Positions 25,746 to 34,768 of a stretch of DNA of 64,000 bases are shown here, piece after piece. The notes beneath the pieces were generated by a model, which saw only the letters and a list, made by a program, of their open reading frames with translations, was not told the origin of the DNA and ran no database searches. Both the position numbers and the translations under genes were made by a program. Position 1 is the stretch's first letter. Each line of letters starts with the position of its first letter. Source of the stretch: Candidatus Micrarchaeia archaeon (GTDB taxonomy: Archaea; Micrarchaeota; Micrarchaeia; Burarchaeales; JACRGF01); NCBI GenBank assembly GCA_038890815.1, contig JAWAFC010000003.1, forward strand, positions 575 through 64,574, in the 5' to 3' direction.

Positions 25746-28046
25746 GTCGCATTGATTCGTCGCATTCGGTTGGAAAATTGGAGAAGCCATCGCGCCACTG
25801 AGCTCACCTTCTCGAAAGGCACCAACCTGCTCGTTGGGCCCATGGGCGCGGGCAAGACGAGCGTTGTGGAGGCGGTGTGCTTCGCGCTGTATGGAACTTT
25901 TCCGGCGCTGCGGAGAAAGGAGGTTGAGCTGGATGCCGTGATAACGAGGGGGGAGAAAAGCGCGGCCGTTGAGCTCGAGTTCGAGCTGGATGGCCGGAGC
26001 TATAGCGTGCGGCGGGAGTTCGGGCGGGAGAGCAAAGCCAGGCTGGAGATCGATGGCAGGCTCGTGATCGAACAGCCGAAAAGGGTCACGGAGGAGCTGG
26101 AGAGGGCGCTCAGAGCTGACTACGAGGTTTTCGCGCGCGCCATATATGCCGAGCAGAACGGCATTGACGAGCTGCTGAGGCTCAGCCCAAAGGAAAGGAA
26201 AAAGAGGGTGGATGAGATACTGGGCATTCTGTTTTTTGAAAGGGCTGGTGATGGGGCAGGCCAGGTGGCTCGCAAAATCAAAGAGAGAAGCGAGGAGCTC
26301 GCAGCGCGGCTGGCCGAGTTGAAAGCCGAGGAGCTCGAGGTTGAGGTGGACGCGCTCAAGCGCGAGCTGGCCGAGGCAAAGGAGGAGGAAAAAAGGCTCG
26401 ACGAAGAGCTGCGCAGGCTTGGGGATGTCGCCGAAGCCAAGCAAGCGAGGGTGCGCGAGCTGGAGAGGAAGGAGAAGGAAGTGCGCGAGCTGCGCGAGGA
26501 GCTCGAAAGAAAGCGTGGCGAGCTGCTGGGCATGAAAGTGGAAAGGCCGGTGAGCGAGGACGAGCTCGCGCGCCTGGAGAGGGAGCTCAAAGAGGTCACC
26601 GCAAAGCTGAGGAATGCCGCAGAGCGGAGGAGGAGGGCTGAGGCCGACAAGAACGCAGCATCGCGCGCGCTCTGGGAAGTTGAGCGGCGGTACGAGGAGC
26701 TGACCGCACAGCTGAACAGGAAAAGGGAGCTGGAGAAGAAAAAGGGCGCGCTGGGCGTGACATATGCTGTGGCGCTCTCGGAGATTAAGGGTGCGCGGGA
26801 CAGGATAGAAAAGAGCCGCGCATGGCTTGCCATGCAGAGCAGTGTGCTGTCAGACCTGCGAGGCATCATGGCCGAGCTGGCCAGGCAGGGCACGACGTGC
26901 CCGGTGTGTGGCGGCCCGCTCACTGAGGAGAAGAGGCAGCACCTGCTCGAGGAGAAGAAAAAGCTGAAAGAGCATATCGAGGAGACGGTGGCGCAGAAGG
27001 AGGAGGAAATTAAGTTGCAGGAGAGAGAATTGGAAAACCTCGAGAAAAACGCGCGCATCCTTCAAGAGATTGAGGCTGAACTCTCACGTCTTGCCGTGAC
27101 ACAGGAGGAAGTTGAGAAAGTTGAGAAGGCGAAAGATGAGGCCCAAAGGGCGGAGCGCGAGGCTGCCGCGATGGCCGAGCAGGCTGAGGCGGAGGAAAAC
27201 GAGCTGCGGCATAGCCAGATACGGCTCAGCCAGGCAGTGATGGAGGCCAAGAAGGCGCTGAATGAGAGGGCGCGCGCCGAGAGGCTGAGGAAAGAAGTGA
27301 GCGAGCTTGAGGCGGAACTGGCTGAGAAGGCGTTCGATGAGAGGGAGCTCAAAGAGGCGAGGGAAGATGCCCAGCGGGTAATGCTTGCGATGGTAGAGTT
27401 AAAAGAGAAGATTTCCGGCAAGAGGAGCGTTGAGGAGGAGAAAGAGAAAAGGCTTGAGCTACTCCAGGGGAGGATCGCCGAGGCGCAAGAGCTCAGGAGG
27501 GAGGCCGAAATGGCTGCGAGAGCCGCAGAGCGAGTGGCCGCATGGGAGAATGCGCTGCGCGCAACACAGGCAGCACTGAGGGAGGTCTACATCGCAGAGA
27601 TAAATGGCGCGCTGGGGCTCATATGGCGCCAAATCTATCCCCATGCTGACTTCACTGAGGCGAGGATGAGAGTGGGTGAGGAGGACTACTCGCTCGAGTT
27701 AAAAGCTGGCAGCGAGTGGATTCCCGTGGAGGGGAGGGTGAGCGGAGGGGAGAGGGCCTGCGCCGCGCTCGCGCTGCGCATAGCGTTCGCCACCGTGCTC
27801 GTGCCCAATCTGTCCTGGCTTTTCCTTGATGAGCCCACGCACAACTTGGACGCTGAGGGTGTGGCCGCGCTGGCAAGGGCACTGCGTGAGGAGATACCGA
27901 AAGCGAAGGTGGAGCAGATCATCGTCATCACACACGATGAGAGACTGAGGGCGGCTGCCAGCGGGCAACTTTATGTGCTGTCGCGCGATAAGGCCACGGG
28001 GGGTGCGAGTGTGGCGGAGGCCGCGCGCGAGCTCGCGCTCATCTAG
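25746..28046 (+). CDS. rad50: Rad50/SbcC-family DNA repair ATPase (probable GTG or TTG start; the track ORF from 25206 is an artefactual N-terminal extension)
   Basis: It opens IRRIRLENWRSH with Walker A GPMGAGKTS. It has long coiled coils, a central zinc hook CPVCGGPL, the signature SGGERACAALALRIAF, Walker B LFLDEPTHNLD and an H-loop ITHDE. Confidence 0.8.
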   Translation, partial: VALIRRIRLENWRSHRATELTFSKGTNLLVGPMGAGKTSVVEAVCFALYGTFPALRRKEVELDAVITRGEKSAAVELEFELDGRSYSVRREFGRESKARLEIDGRLVIEQPKRVTEELERALRADYEVFARAIYAEQNGIDELLRLSPKERKKRVDEILGILFFERAGDGAGQVARKIKERSEELAARLAELKAEELEVEVDALKRELAEAKEEEKRLDEELRRLGDVAEAKQARVRELERKEKEVRELREELERKRGELLGMKVERPVSEDELARLERELKEVTAKLRNAAERRRRAEADKNAASRALWEVERRYEELTAQLNRKRELEKKKGALGVTYAVALSEIKGARDRIEKSRAWLAMQSSVLSDLRGIMAELARQGTTCPVCGGPLTEEKRQHLLEEKKKLKEHIEETVAQKEEEIKLQERELENLEKNARILQEIEAELSRLAVTQEEVEKVEKAKDEAQRAEREAAAMAEQAEAEENELRHSQIRLSQAVMEAKKALNERARAERLRKEVSELEAELAEKAFDERELKEAREDAQRVMLAMVELKEKISGKRSVEEEKEKRLELLQGRIAEAQELRREAEMAARAAERVAAWENALRATQAALREVYIAEINGALGLIWRQIYPHADFTEARMRVGEEDYSLELKAGSEWIPVEGRVSGGERACAALALRIAFATVLVPNLSWLFLDEPTHNLDAEGVAALARALREEIPKAKVEQIIVITHDERLRAAASGQLYVLSRDKATGGASVAEAARELALI

Positions 28047-28083
28047 GGGAAATAATAAATAGCAAACATAACAAAAGGATTGT

Positions 28084-28623
28084 ATGGTCGGAGAGGCCGT
28101 TGAGGGCGAGATAGGCAAGTGTTCTGAGCTTTATGATTCGGGGCTCAATGAGGAGGCGCTGCGGTGTTATGATGAGATAGTGCGTTTCATGCCCGAGCTG
28201 GGCATAGGGTGGTATCTCAAGGGGATGTGCCTGTACAAGCTGAACAGGTTCGATGAGGCCATCGCCTGCTTTGAGAAGGCCGGAAGCCTTGATAAGGACC
28301 AGTACCTGCCCTGGCAGGCCAAAGGCATGGCGCTCGTGAGGCTGTTCAAGTTTGAGGAGGCCATCGTCAGCTTCAAGGAGGCGCTTGAGAGAAATCCGCG
28401 CGATGTCGAGACGATGTTCCTTGTCGCGGCATGCTTCATTTTCATGGGGGATGATGAGAGGGCGCGCGAATGGGTGCGCACGGCCATGCGCTTCGATCCG
28501 CTCAAAACGAAGTCCTTGCTACAGACATTTTTTGAGACATTCGTGTTGCGCGATGAGAACATCACTGTGGATGAGAAGCTCAATATCCAGCACATGATAG
28601 ATGAGCTGGGGAAGGAGGAGTGA
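28084..28623 (+). CDS. TPR-repeat protein
   Basis: It has several 34-aa repeats with the W/LG/Y/A/F/A/P pattern (YLKGMCLYKLNRFDEAIACFEKA and similar). Confidence 0.6.
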   Translation: MVGEAVEGEIGKCSELYDSGLNEEALRCYDEIVRFMPELGIGWYLKGMCLYKLNRFDEAIACFEKAGSLDKDQYLPWQAKGMALVRLFKFEEAIVSFKEALERNPRDVETMFLVAACFIFMGDDERAREWVRTAMRFDPLKTKSLLQTFFETFVLRDENITVDEKLNIQHMIDELGKEE

Positions 28624-28814
28624 GCTACAGGATCTGAGGGAATATCCTTCTCACGTTGTCGAGATTTTCTTTCGGCAGGGAGGCGCGCACGCTGCTCAGG
28701 AAATCCTTGGGGCTCGGCCTCGGTGCAAACCAGGCGTATTGACCGGGCTTCACAACAGGGCTCGTGGTTTTTTTGGGCATACAGCCCTTTTGACCGGCCG
28801 CCTATTTAAATCCA

Positions 28815-29009
28815 TCAGGTGGCGGTGAACGCCATTTTCCTGCCACAGCATAGCGGAATATCGCGCGCCTTCCCGCAGTACTCGCACGCCAGCATGCCCT
28901 TCTCGAGCACCATCTCCTCGCCGCAGCACAGCGGGATGTCGATGGTACGGCCGCAGGCCGAGCACTTGAGCTTGTCAGGCGTGGTCGTGACTTTTTGTTT
29001 TCTGGCCAT
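28815..29009 (-). CDS. Small duplicated zinc-ribbon protein
   Basis: A 64-aa ORF in which CSACGRTIDIPLCCGEEM and CEYCGKARDIPLCCGRKM form a tandem Cys4-like duplication. Confidence 0.4.
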   Translation of the reverse strand: MARKQKVTTTPDKLKCSACGRTIDIPLCCGEEMVLEKGMLACEYCGKARDIPLCCGRKMAFTAT

Positions 29010-29609
29010 AAAACCACTTTAGAGGAGCAAGGGATAAAACTTCTTTCGGAAGGTTTTAAAAAGTGGAAAATTCAAAAAGGAAACATGCCCGTAGCGATGA
29101 AAGGACCTGAAACGGAACAGATTTATGAAAAGTGGAAACGATTAACCATAGAAGAGAAAATCAACGTGATAGGAAAGGTCAACCTTCCGGATGAAAAGAT
29201 GTACGAACTGTGGCAACTGCTTACCCCAGAAGAGAAAAAGCGCTTACGAGAATGGGCCAACAACCTATTTACCCATGAGGGGCTTGTAGCTTACAAATTT
29301 ATCCAAAGAGTAGAGAGGGCTATGGTGAGTAGAATAGAGGCATTGAGAGAGGCAGGGCCGCAGGAGAAAGAACAGATTTATGGAATGTGGAAACGATTAA
29401 CCATAGAAGAGAAAATCAACGTGATAGGAAAGGTCAACCTTCCGGATGAAAAGATGTACGAACTGTGGCAACTGCTTACCCCAGAAGAGAAACAGTATGT
29501 CCAAACTAACGTCGACCCATTCACCCCAGAGGGGCTCATACTCTTCAAATTTATGGAGATAGTAAAAAACGTTGAAAAGCAAAAGATGGAAAAGCAAAAG
29601 ATGGAATAG
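28995..29609 (+). CDS. Hypothetical K/E-rich protein with an internal 35-aa duplication; it lies in an AT-rich island and the true start may be ~29085
   Basis: A 204-aa ORF. EQIYxxWKRLTIEEKINVIGKVNLPDEKMYELWQLLTPEEK occurs twice, encoded by a 106-nt perfect DNA repeat. Confidence 0.45.
   Translation: MFSGHKTTLEEQGIKLLSEGFKKWKIQKGNMPVAMKGPETEQIYEKWKRLTIEEKINVIGKVNLPDEKMYELWQLLTPEEKKRLREWANNLFTHEGLVAYKFIQRVERAMVSRIEALREAGPQEKEQIYGMWKRLTIEEKINVIGKVNLPDEKMYELWQLLTPEEKQYVQTNVDPFTPEGLILFKFMEIVKNVEKQKMEKQKME
29133..29238 (+). repeat. Copy 1 of a 106-nt perfect direct repeat (copy 2 at 29388-29493)
   Basis: The sequence is identical from tggaaacgattaaccatagaag to ccagaagagaaa, and the two copies are 255 nt apart. 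Confidence 0.85.
29388..29493 (+). repeat. Copy 2 of the 106-nt perfect direct repeat
   Basis: Identical to 29133-29238. Confidence 0.85.
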
Positions 29610-29641
29610 AAAAGAAAAATCTCTATAACACACCGACCTTA

Positions 29642-30385
29642 ATGATATGCCAGATCGGGTGCTTAGGATCGACGGAAGAATTTATTTTCTCATTAAAACA
29701 GGCGAGACGCGAGAGGTGTGAGGAAACGCAAAAATTCCTCGAGCCGATAGCACACATTAAGCCGAAGAAAGAACTGCCCACAGTAAGGGAAGGTGTGATT
29801 TCTAAAAAAGAGCTTGAGGCGCTAAGGAAAAATAGCTTGGAGGTGGCGTTGCCCGATGGCAGAAAGGTTATGCTCGATCCTGAAAAGGCTGAGGTGAGGG
29901 TAAGGGATGGCGTACAGAGGTTTGATGTGAGGGCTGTGGGTAGTGCTGAGGCGCTGAGAAATGCCGACTTCGCCGCGAACAGTTATGGTGCCTATATCGC
30001 GGTGGGCGGGAAGCTCTACACAATAGATTTCAAAAGAGGAAAGGTGGAGGGGGAGATTCTGGAGGATGTTGAGAGAAAGGAGGGGAGACTTGGGCGCATG
30101 GCGCTGAGTGCTGGCGAGGAAAGCTTTTTCGTTGTCCCTGATGGGGGTGGAGGCTTGTATGCCTTCTCGTCAGTAAAACGGAGGATAGATTATGTTCCTC
30201 TCAAAACCATCCGGTCGCAGGAGGGAAGCATAGAGAACCCAAGCATCGCCTATCTCAATGGTTTTGTGTTCATCACGGGAAACGGCAAGCATGGCGTTTT
30301 CAAAAACCTTTATGCCGTAGATGTCTCGGCGCTCGGCTCGGGCAAGGGCGTTCCTGTGATAATCCGCAGCATCCCTTTTTTTTGA
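29642..30385 (+). CDS. Hypothetical protein (AT-rich island)
   Basis: A 247-aa ORF with no recognisable motif. Its lower GC contrasts with the flanking genes. Confidence 0.4.
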   Translation: MICQIGCLGSTEEFIFSLKQARRERCEETQKFLEPIAHIKPKKELPTVREGVISKKELEALRKNSLEVALPDGRKVMLDPEKAEVRVRDGVQRFDVRAVGSAEALRNADFAANSYGAYIAVGGKLYTIDFKRGKVEGEILEDVERKEGRLGRMALSAGEESFFVVPDGGGGLYAFSSVKRRIDYVPLKTIRSQEGSIENPSIAYLNGFVFITGNGKHGVFKNLYAVDVSALGSGKGVPVIIRSIPFF

Positions 30386-30516
30386 CGAGAAGAAAGGGAA
30401 AAATCCCATGATGAAGGTAGTAAGAGGTAAGCTTTACCTGAGCGCAGAAGGCTGGAAACACGTGTACGTGTTCGATCCTACGACGAACTTTGTTGAAAAA
30501 TTGAGGATTGAGTGAA

Positions 30517-31521
30517 TCATTCTCTCAGCGCCCGTGCGGCCTCTTCCGGCGGCAGGGAATTGATGTAGAGGCCGGTGCAGAACTCGTAGCCCGCCCACAG
30601 CGACAGGCGAGGGGTGAGCTCGAGGTGGCAGTGGTAGGATGGCTCGCCCGCCAGCGGACCAGTGTGCAGGTGGAAGTTGTATGGTGGGTGGTTGAGCATG
30701 GCATCGAGGCGGGCAAGCACGGCCTTGAGCGCGCGGGCCAGCGAGAGGCGCTCTTCTTCGGTCAGCTCTGTGAGCTGGTCGGTGTGCCTCTTTGGCACAA
30801 ACCATGTCTCAAAGTGAAAGCGCGAGGCGAAGGGACAGAAGGCGAAGGTGTGCTCATCCTCGAACACAAGGCGGTCGGCCTCGAGCCGCCGCGCCGCGCA
30901 GAAGTAGCAGGCTCCCTGCCTGGCCGCAAAGGCCCGGTTGCCGGCGATCTCATCCTCAATGAGCGGAGGTACGATGTCCTGCGAGATGAGCTGGGTGTGG
31001 GTGTGGCGCAGTGAAGCGCCCGCCTCGCGCCCCTCGTTCTTGAATATGGCGACATAGCGAAGCCTTCGGTTGTCGCGCAGGGCATTCGTGCGCTCGCAGT
31101 AAACATCGATGATGCGGGCGATGTGCTCGGCGGGCAGCTCGCTGAGCGTGCGTTCATGCTCTGGTGTCTCAACGATGACTTCGTGCGTGCCATAGGCGGC
31201 CGGAAAGTCGGGCGAGGTGGCATTGAATTTGTTCGGGAAAACGCGGATGAGCCAGCCACCCTGCTGGGTGGGCACGCTGCCGGCCGCCACATCGGCCGGG
31301 GCAGGGAGAAATCGGTAGGGGGGGTTTGCCTCCACGCGTGCGATCTCGGGCGGGGTGAGATGCTCATTGCCGGGGCAGAAGAAGCATGTGCCCTCCTCAG
31401 CGACAGCCCTCTGCTGGATGAAGTCGGTTGGCCTCTTGGCTCTGTTCTTGGCGATGATGACGCCACGCCTGAGGATTGGGTCCCAGCGCAGCTCGTTCTT
31501 CTCCATGCTGAGCGCATGCAT
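30517..31521 (-). CDS. galT: Galactose-1-phosphate uridylyltransferase (HIT family)
   Basis: It has the Zn site CFFCPGNEH, the active-site HxHxQ (RHTHTQLI) and a second half-domain HCHLELTP. Confidence 0.75.
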   Translation of the reverse strand: MHALSMEKNELRWDPILRRGVIIAKNRAKRPTDFIQQRAVAEEGTCFFCPGNEHLTPPEIARVEANPPYRFLPAPADVAAGSVPTQQGGWLIRVFPNKFNATSPDFPAAYGTHEVIVETPEHERTLSELPAEHIARIIDVYCERTNALRDNRRLRYVAIFKNEGREAGASLRHTHTQLISQDIVPPLIEDEIAGNRAFAARQGACYFCAARRLEADRLVFEDEHTFAFCPFASRFHFETWFVPKRHTDQLTELTEEERLSLARALKAVLARLDAMLNHPPYNFHLHTGPLAGEPSYHCHLELTPRLSLWAGYEFCTGLYINSLPPEEAARALRE

Positions 31522-31526
31522 TCCGT

Positions 31527-33029
31527 TTATAAAAAGGCTTCTACATCCTGCTTTCGCTTTGCCTGCGCGGCCTCAAAGTTTTTGGCGAGCAATGAGAAGC
31601 TTTCCCCCCGGCTGCTGGCCTTGCTCCTGCGCTGGCGGATGCGAATGAACACTGGCTGGCTCACGGCCTCGCCCACCAGCAGGGCCTCGCCCGTGCGCAG
31701 CGTGGTGATGGCATCCAGCATGGCCTTGTCGATGCCTTCACAGGACTCGCCGATGTGCTGGATGTCATAGGGATTGGTGACTCTGAGGATGAGGTGGGAA
31801 TTGCACTGCGACAGGGCTGTTGTGGAGAGGTGTTTTGGCCTCTGCGAGATGAGCACCAGCGAGGCGCCGAACTTGCGCCCCTCTCGCGCAATTGTTATGA
31901 TGGGCCCTCTCGAGAGGGCCTCGCTCTGAGCGGTCTTCTCGGGCGCGAAGTTGTGCGCCTCCTCGATGAACAGCACGAATGGAGGGATTTTCTCCTTCTT
32001 CCTGGCCTTGAAAAGGCGGCGGGCGAAGTGCGCCACGATGAGCTGCTTCTTCTTCTGGTTGTCGATTGGCGAGAGATCGAGCACGCATAGCCGGCCCGGC
32101 TGAGCGAGCTCATCGAGCGAGGGCTTGTCGGCCTTACCGAAAAGTTTGAGGCTCTGCAGCTCGGCCAGCCAGGCAATGAGCGAGGCCTTCGTCTTCCTGT
32201 CCTCATCGCTGGCCGATATGGCGGCCATGACATCATCAAGCCCGTATGCCTCGCCGTTGGCTTTCTTTCGCCTCTTCAGCTCGCTCACAATGGCGATGAG
32301 CGAGCGCCGCTGTGAGCGCGAGAGCTCGGGCAGGAATTCGGCGAGCGAGGCGGGCGCCAGGCGGTGCAGCGCGATGCGAATGTCCTTGCCATCGATGACT
32401 GTGGTGCGGGCGGCATAGTCGCCCGACTTGAAGCCTGTGTACTCGCCGTGCACATCGACAACGATCACTGCGGGGCGGCCTGCCTCCGGCTTGCGCTCGA
32501 GCAGCTCCTCGATGACAACGGATGTGGCGTAGGATTTCCCAGAGCCCGAGATCCCGAGGATGGCGAGATGTTTTTGGAGGAAGGCATCGAGGCGCAGGCA
32601 GGCGCTGATCGTGTGGTGCTCGAGCTGTCCGATGTTGAGCCCGCCCTCCTCGAAACCCAGGAAATCCCTGAGCAGGCCCTCATCGGCAGACAGCACTTTA
32701 GCCCCGGGTGCTGCCGGAAAGAGCGGCCTGCCGATCGTGCTGCCATTCACAACGCCCAGCGCGCGCGCATTTGCCACGGCATACTCCCACTCAGTGACAG
32801 GGAAGTTGAGGCGCAGGGGCGCGCCCCTCTCATACTCGGCCACCGACTCGGCCCTCTCGAAGTAGCGGTTGGCGCGCGTGATGTCGGTCACGCACGCCAG
32901 CAGAAGGCCATCCTCGGTCTGGGTCTGAACAAACTGGCCCTTGCGCACGCCCTTACTCGTGATGACGAAGGAGAAGCTGGCTGTTGAGGGACCATCAAAT
33001 GTGGATATGACCGTGCCGAGCTCGTGCAT
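31527..33029 (-). CDS. herA: HerA-like (DUF87) hexameric ATPase
   Basis: The 500-aa size and Walker A ILGISGSGKSYATSVVIEELL fit. Walker B is VIVVDVHGEY and CVLDLS...FIEEAHNF is HerA-like. Confidence 0.55.
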   Translation of the reverse strand: MHELGTVISTFDGPSTASFSFVITSKGVRKGQFVQTQTEDGLLLACVTDITRANRYFERAESVAEYERGAPLRLNFPVTEWEYAVANARALGVVNGSTIGRPLFPAAPGAKVLSADEGLLRDFLGFEEGGLNIGQLEHHTISACLRLDAFLQKHLAILGISGSGKSYATSVVIEELLERKPEAGRPAVIVVDVHGEYTGFKSGDYAARTTVIDGKDIRIALHRLAPASLAEFLPELSRSQRRSLIAIVSELKRRKKANGEAYGLDDVMAAISASDEDRKTKASLIAWLAELQSLKLFGKADKPSLDELAQPGRLCVLDLSPIDNQKKKQLIVAHFARRLFKARKKEKIPPFVLFIEEAHNFAPEKTAQSEALSRGPIITIAREGRKFGASLVLISQRPKHLSTTALSQCNSHLILRVTNPYDIQHIGESCEGIDKAMLDAITTLRTGEALLVGEAVSQPVFIRIRQRRSKASSRGESFSLLAKNFEAAQAKRKQDVEAFL

Positions 33030-33043
33030 TCTGGCAAATTGGG

Positions 33044-33090
33044 CTTTCTGTTTTTAAATAAGCTTTGGTGGGGGAGTTCCGGTGAAGGCC
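33044..33090 (-). promoter_or_regulatory. herA promoter: TATA (TTATTTAAAAAC on minus) plus an upstream conserved element GCCTTCACCGGAACTCCCCCACCAAAGC. The element recurs at 47655-47705 and partly at 54815-54850
   Basis: The nearly identical 25-35 nt block GG(T)GGGGG.GGAGTTCCGGTGAA(G/A)GC lies next to a TTTAAA box. Both copies sit ~25-35 nt upstream of minus-strand starts. Confidence 0.4.
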
Positions 33091-33722
33091 TATGAGGGAA
33101 CCTGCTGGCGGTATTCCTTAGCCTGCTCTTCAGTGAGATGCTGGTAAACTACAACTTCACCATACTTATTGCGCGGGACTTCAAGTCCGTACTCTCCTTT
33201 TTCGGCGAGTTTTTCTATCTCTCCTAGACCCTTCACCTTAATATTGCGTGTCTCGGGGTTATAAACATAATATTTTCCGCCTAAGTATCCAGTTCTCTGC
33301 ATCGCGAGCTCGATTTTTTTCGTGCCCGTTCTCGTCAACGGCGCTGCGATGTTGTCCGCCTTTTTCTCAATGTCTTGGGCGATATCGTTTTTTCCTTCGC
33401 TGTAATTACTGGCTGCGAGCACATAATAGCTGAGCACTCGGCCAATCTGGGAGTCCGCGGTTATTTTGATGCCGTTGTTCTTTGCCCAATTAATCAGATC
33501 CTCAACTTTTTTAGCCAGCCGTTCAAATGTTTGGTGAAGATCAATATTTTGGAGATTTTGGGGAAAATATCCTCGTATTTTGCGGTATAGTTCTGAACTA
33601 AACATATCATAATAAAGTTTTTTGAAAAACAAAAACCCAAAAGTGCACTCTTCAATTAACTTTTTAATTTCCTCCCTTGACTTTTTAATTTCCTCCTGGC
33701 TTACAGACTGCTCTATGGGCAT
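33090..33722 (-). CDS. Hypothetical K/E-rich protein (AT-rich island)
   Basis: A 210-aa ORF of low GC with no recognisable motif. Confidence 0.4.
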   Translation of the reverse strand: MPIEQSVSQEEIKKSREEIKKLIEECTFGFLFFKKLYYDMFSSELYRKIRGYFPQNLQNIDLHQTFERLAKKVEDLINWAKNNGIKITADSQIGRVLSYYVLAASNYSEGKNDIAQDIEKKADNIAAPLTRTGTKKIELAMQRTGYLGGKYYVYNPETRNIKVKGLGEIEKLAEKGEYGLEVPRNKYGEVVVYQHLTEEQAKEYRQQVPS

Positions 33723-34046
33723 TTACGACACCCCCTCCTCCAGAACGGTGAATTCGCTTTTGGATATTTTATTCTCAAATTCCTTCATTTTGGAGTAATC
33801 GCCTGTGGCATAAGCGCCTGCGGCAATGCTCACGAGCTCGCTGTAAAGCTCAAAATAATCCCTTTCCTCGATTTTGCCGCTTTTTCTCAGGCTTTCCAGG
33901 AGCTTTTTCAGAGCCTCGTAGGAGTTTTCTATTTTCCTCCGAGCCTCTCTGAATTTTCTGAGCGGCTCGGGGCTGTTTTCCCGAAGCGCTTTGGCATATG
34001 CCTTCAGCAGGTTTTCGAAAAACTCTTCCTCCTCATCGCTCATCAT
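33723..34046 (-). CDS. Hypothetical acidic helical protein (AT-rich island), adjacent to or coupled with the downstream 210-aa ORF
   Basis: A 107-aa ORF whose stop abuts the start of the next ORF. Confidence 0.4.
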   Translation of the reverse strand: MMSDEEEEFFENLLKAYAKALRENSPEPLRKFREARRKIENSYEALKKLLESLRKSGKIEERDYFELYSELVSIAAGAYATGDYSKMKEFENKISKSEFTVLEEGVS

Positions 34047-34731
34047 GCTTTTCGACCTCTTTGTATGAAATCTCCGGAGCTCTTTTTTTGTATAGGTAGC
34101 TCTTCTTTAGATTGCTTCCAGTAAGCGAAAAATCTTCTCCCAAATCCTTCACAGCCGGCTCCAGTATTTCGGGCACTCCCTCCTCAGCGAGTATCCCGCT
34201 GATGCCTATCTCCCGCAGGCCGTATTCCTCGGTGAAGAGGAAGGCTGCTTTGCCGCCAATTATGAAGAGTGCCTTCTCTGAGGCCAACAGCGTGGCCTGC
34301 GCTATCCCAAGTTGGTATAGCCCGATGTCTTCACCTCTCCAGGCTATCAGCCTTCCGCTGTCATAAACCACGAGCGTTTTGCCCACAGCGAATGGTTGTG
34401 GGTGTGCCAGCGGGCTCCCGAGAGAGACATAGCTCAGCTGGTTATTTTCGATGCGATACAGGTGGCTGAATCCCCTGCCGAGGATGAATGTGCCTGCCCT
34501 TGTTCTGATGACATCGAACTGCCTGTCCCCCTCCATCCTCCTCACGGCACTGACGTCCAGCGCTTTTCCGAGCTCCTCAACGTAGATCACGTCCCCGAAG
34601 TTCCTGTAGCTGAGCCTGCTCAGCCCGGGCGCGCACGCGAGCGGCGAAAGCGCGAGCTCGGCGGCCAACACCGCTGCCGCGGCTCTTCTTGCCATTCTTG
34701 AGAAGGTGCGGGCGTGCTGCGTTTTGTGCAT
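34033..34731 (-). CDS. Hypothetical secreted protein
   Basis: A 232-aa ORF with a signal-peptide-like AAAAVLAAELALSPLACAPG. Confidence 0.4.
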   Translation of the reverse strand: MHKTQHARTFSRMARRAAAAVLAAELALSPLACAPGLSRLSYRNFGDVIYVEELGKALDVSAVRRMEGDRQFDVIRTRAGTFILGRGFSHLYRIENNQLSYVSLGSPLAHPQPFAVGKTLVVYDSGRLIAWRGEDIGLYQLGIAQATLLASEKALFIIGGKAAFLFTEEYGLREIGISGILAEEGVPEILEPAVKDLGEDFSLTGSNLKKSYLYKKRAPEISYKEVEKHDER

Positions 34732-34768
34732 GCGAAGATTATGCCTTTTTGTTTATAAAGAGCTTTGC

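Noticed and set aside
26120-27421. Ser-rich minus-strand ORFs (312 aa, 119 aa) inside rad50
   Set aside because: They are antisense to the GAG/GAA-rich coiled-coil region of Rad50, giving Ser/Leu-rich artefacts.
25746-28046. Rad50 as the missing ABC ATPase partner of the FtsX-like paralogs
   Set aside because: The zinc hook, long coiled coils and Rad50-type signature place it in DNA repair. The adjacency is probably coincidental, because aEF1-beta and a nuclease lie in between.
30762-31517. A 251-aa minus-strand ORF in an alternative frame across galT
   Set aside because: It has the same strand and span as GalT but a different frame. Its Ser/Arg/Pro-rich composition is spurious. GalT motifs (CxxC..H, HxHxQ) lie in the 334-aa frame.
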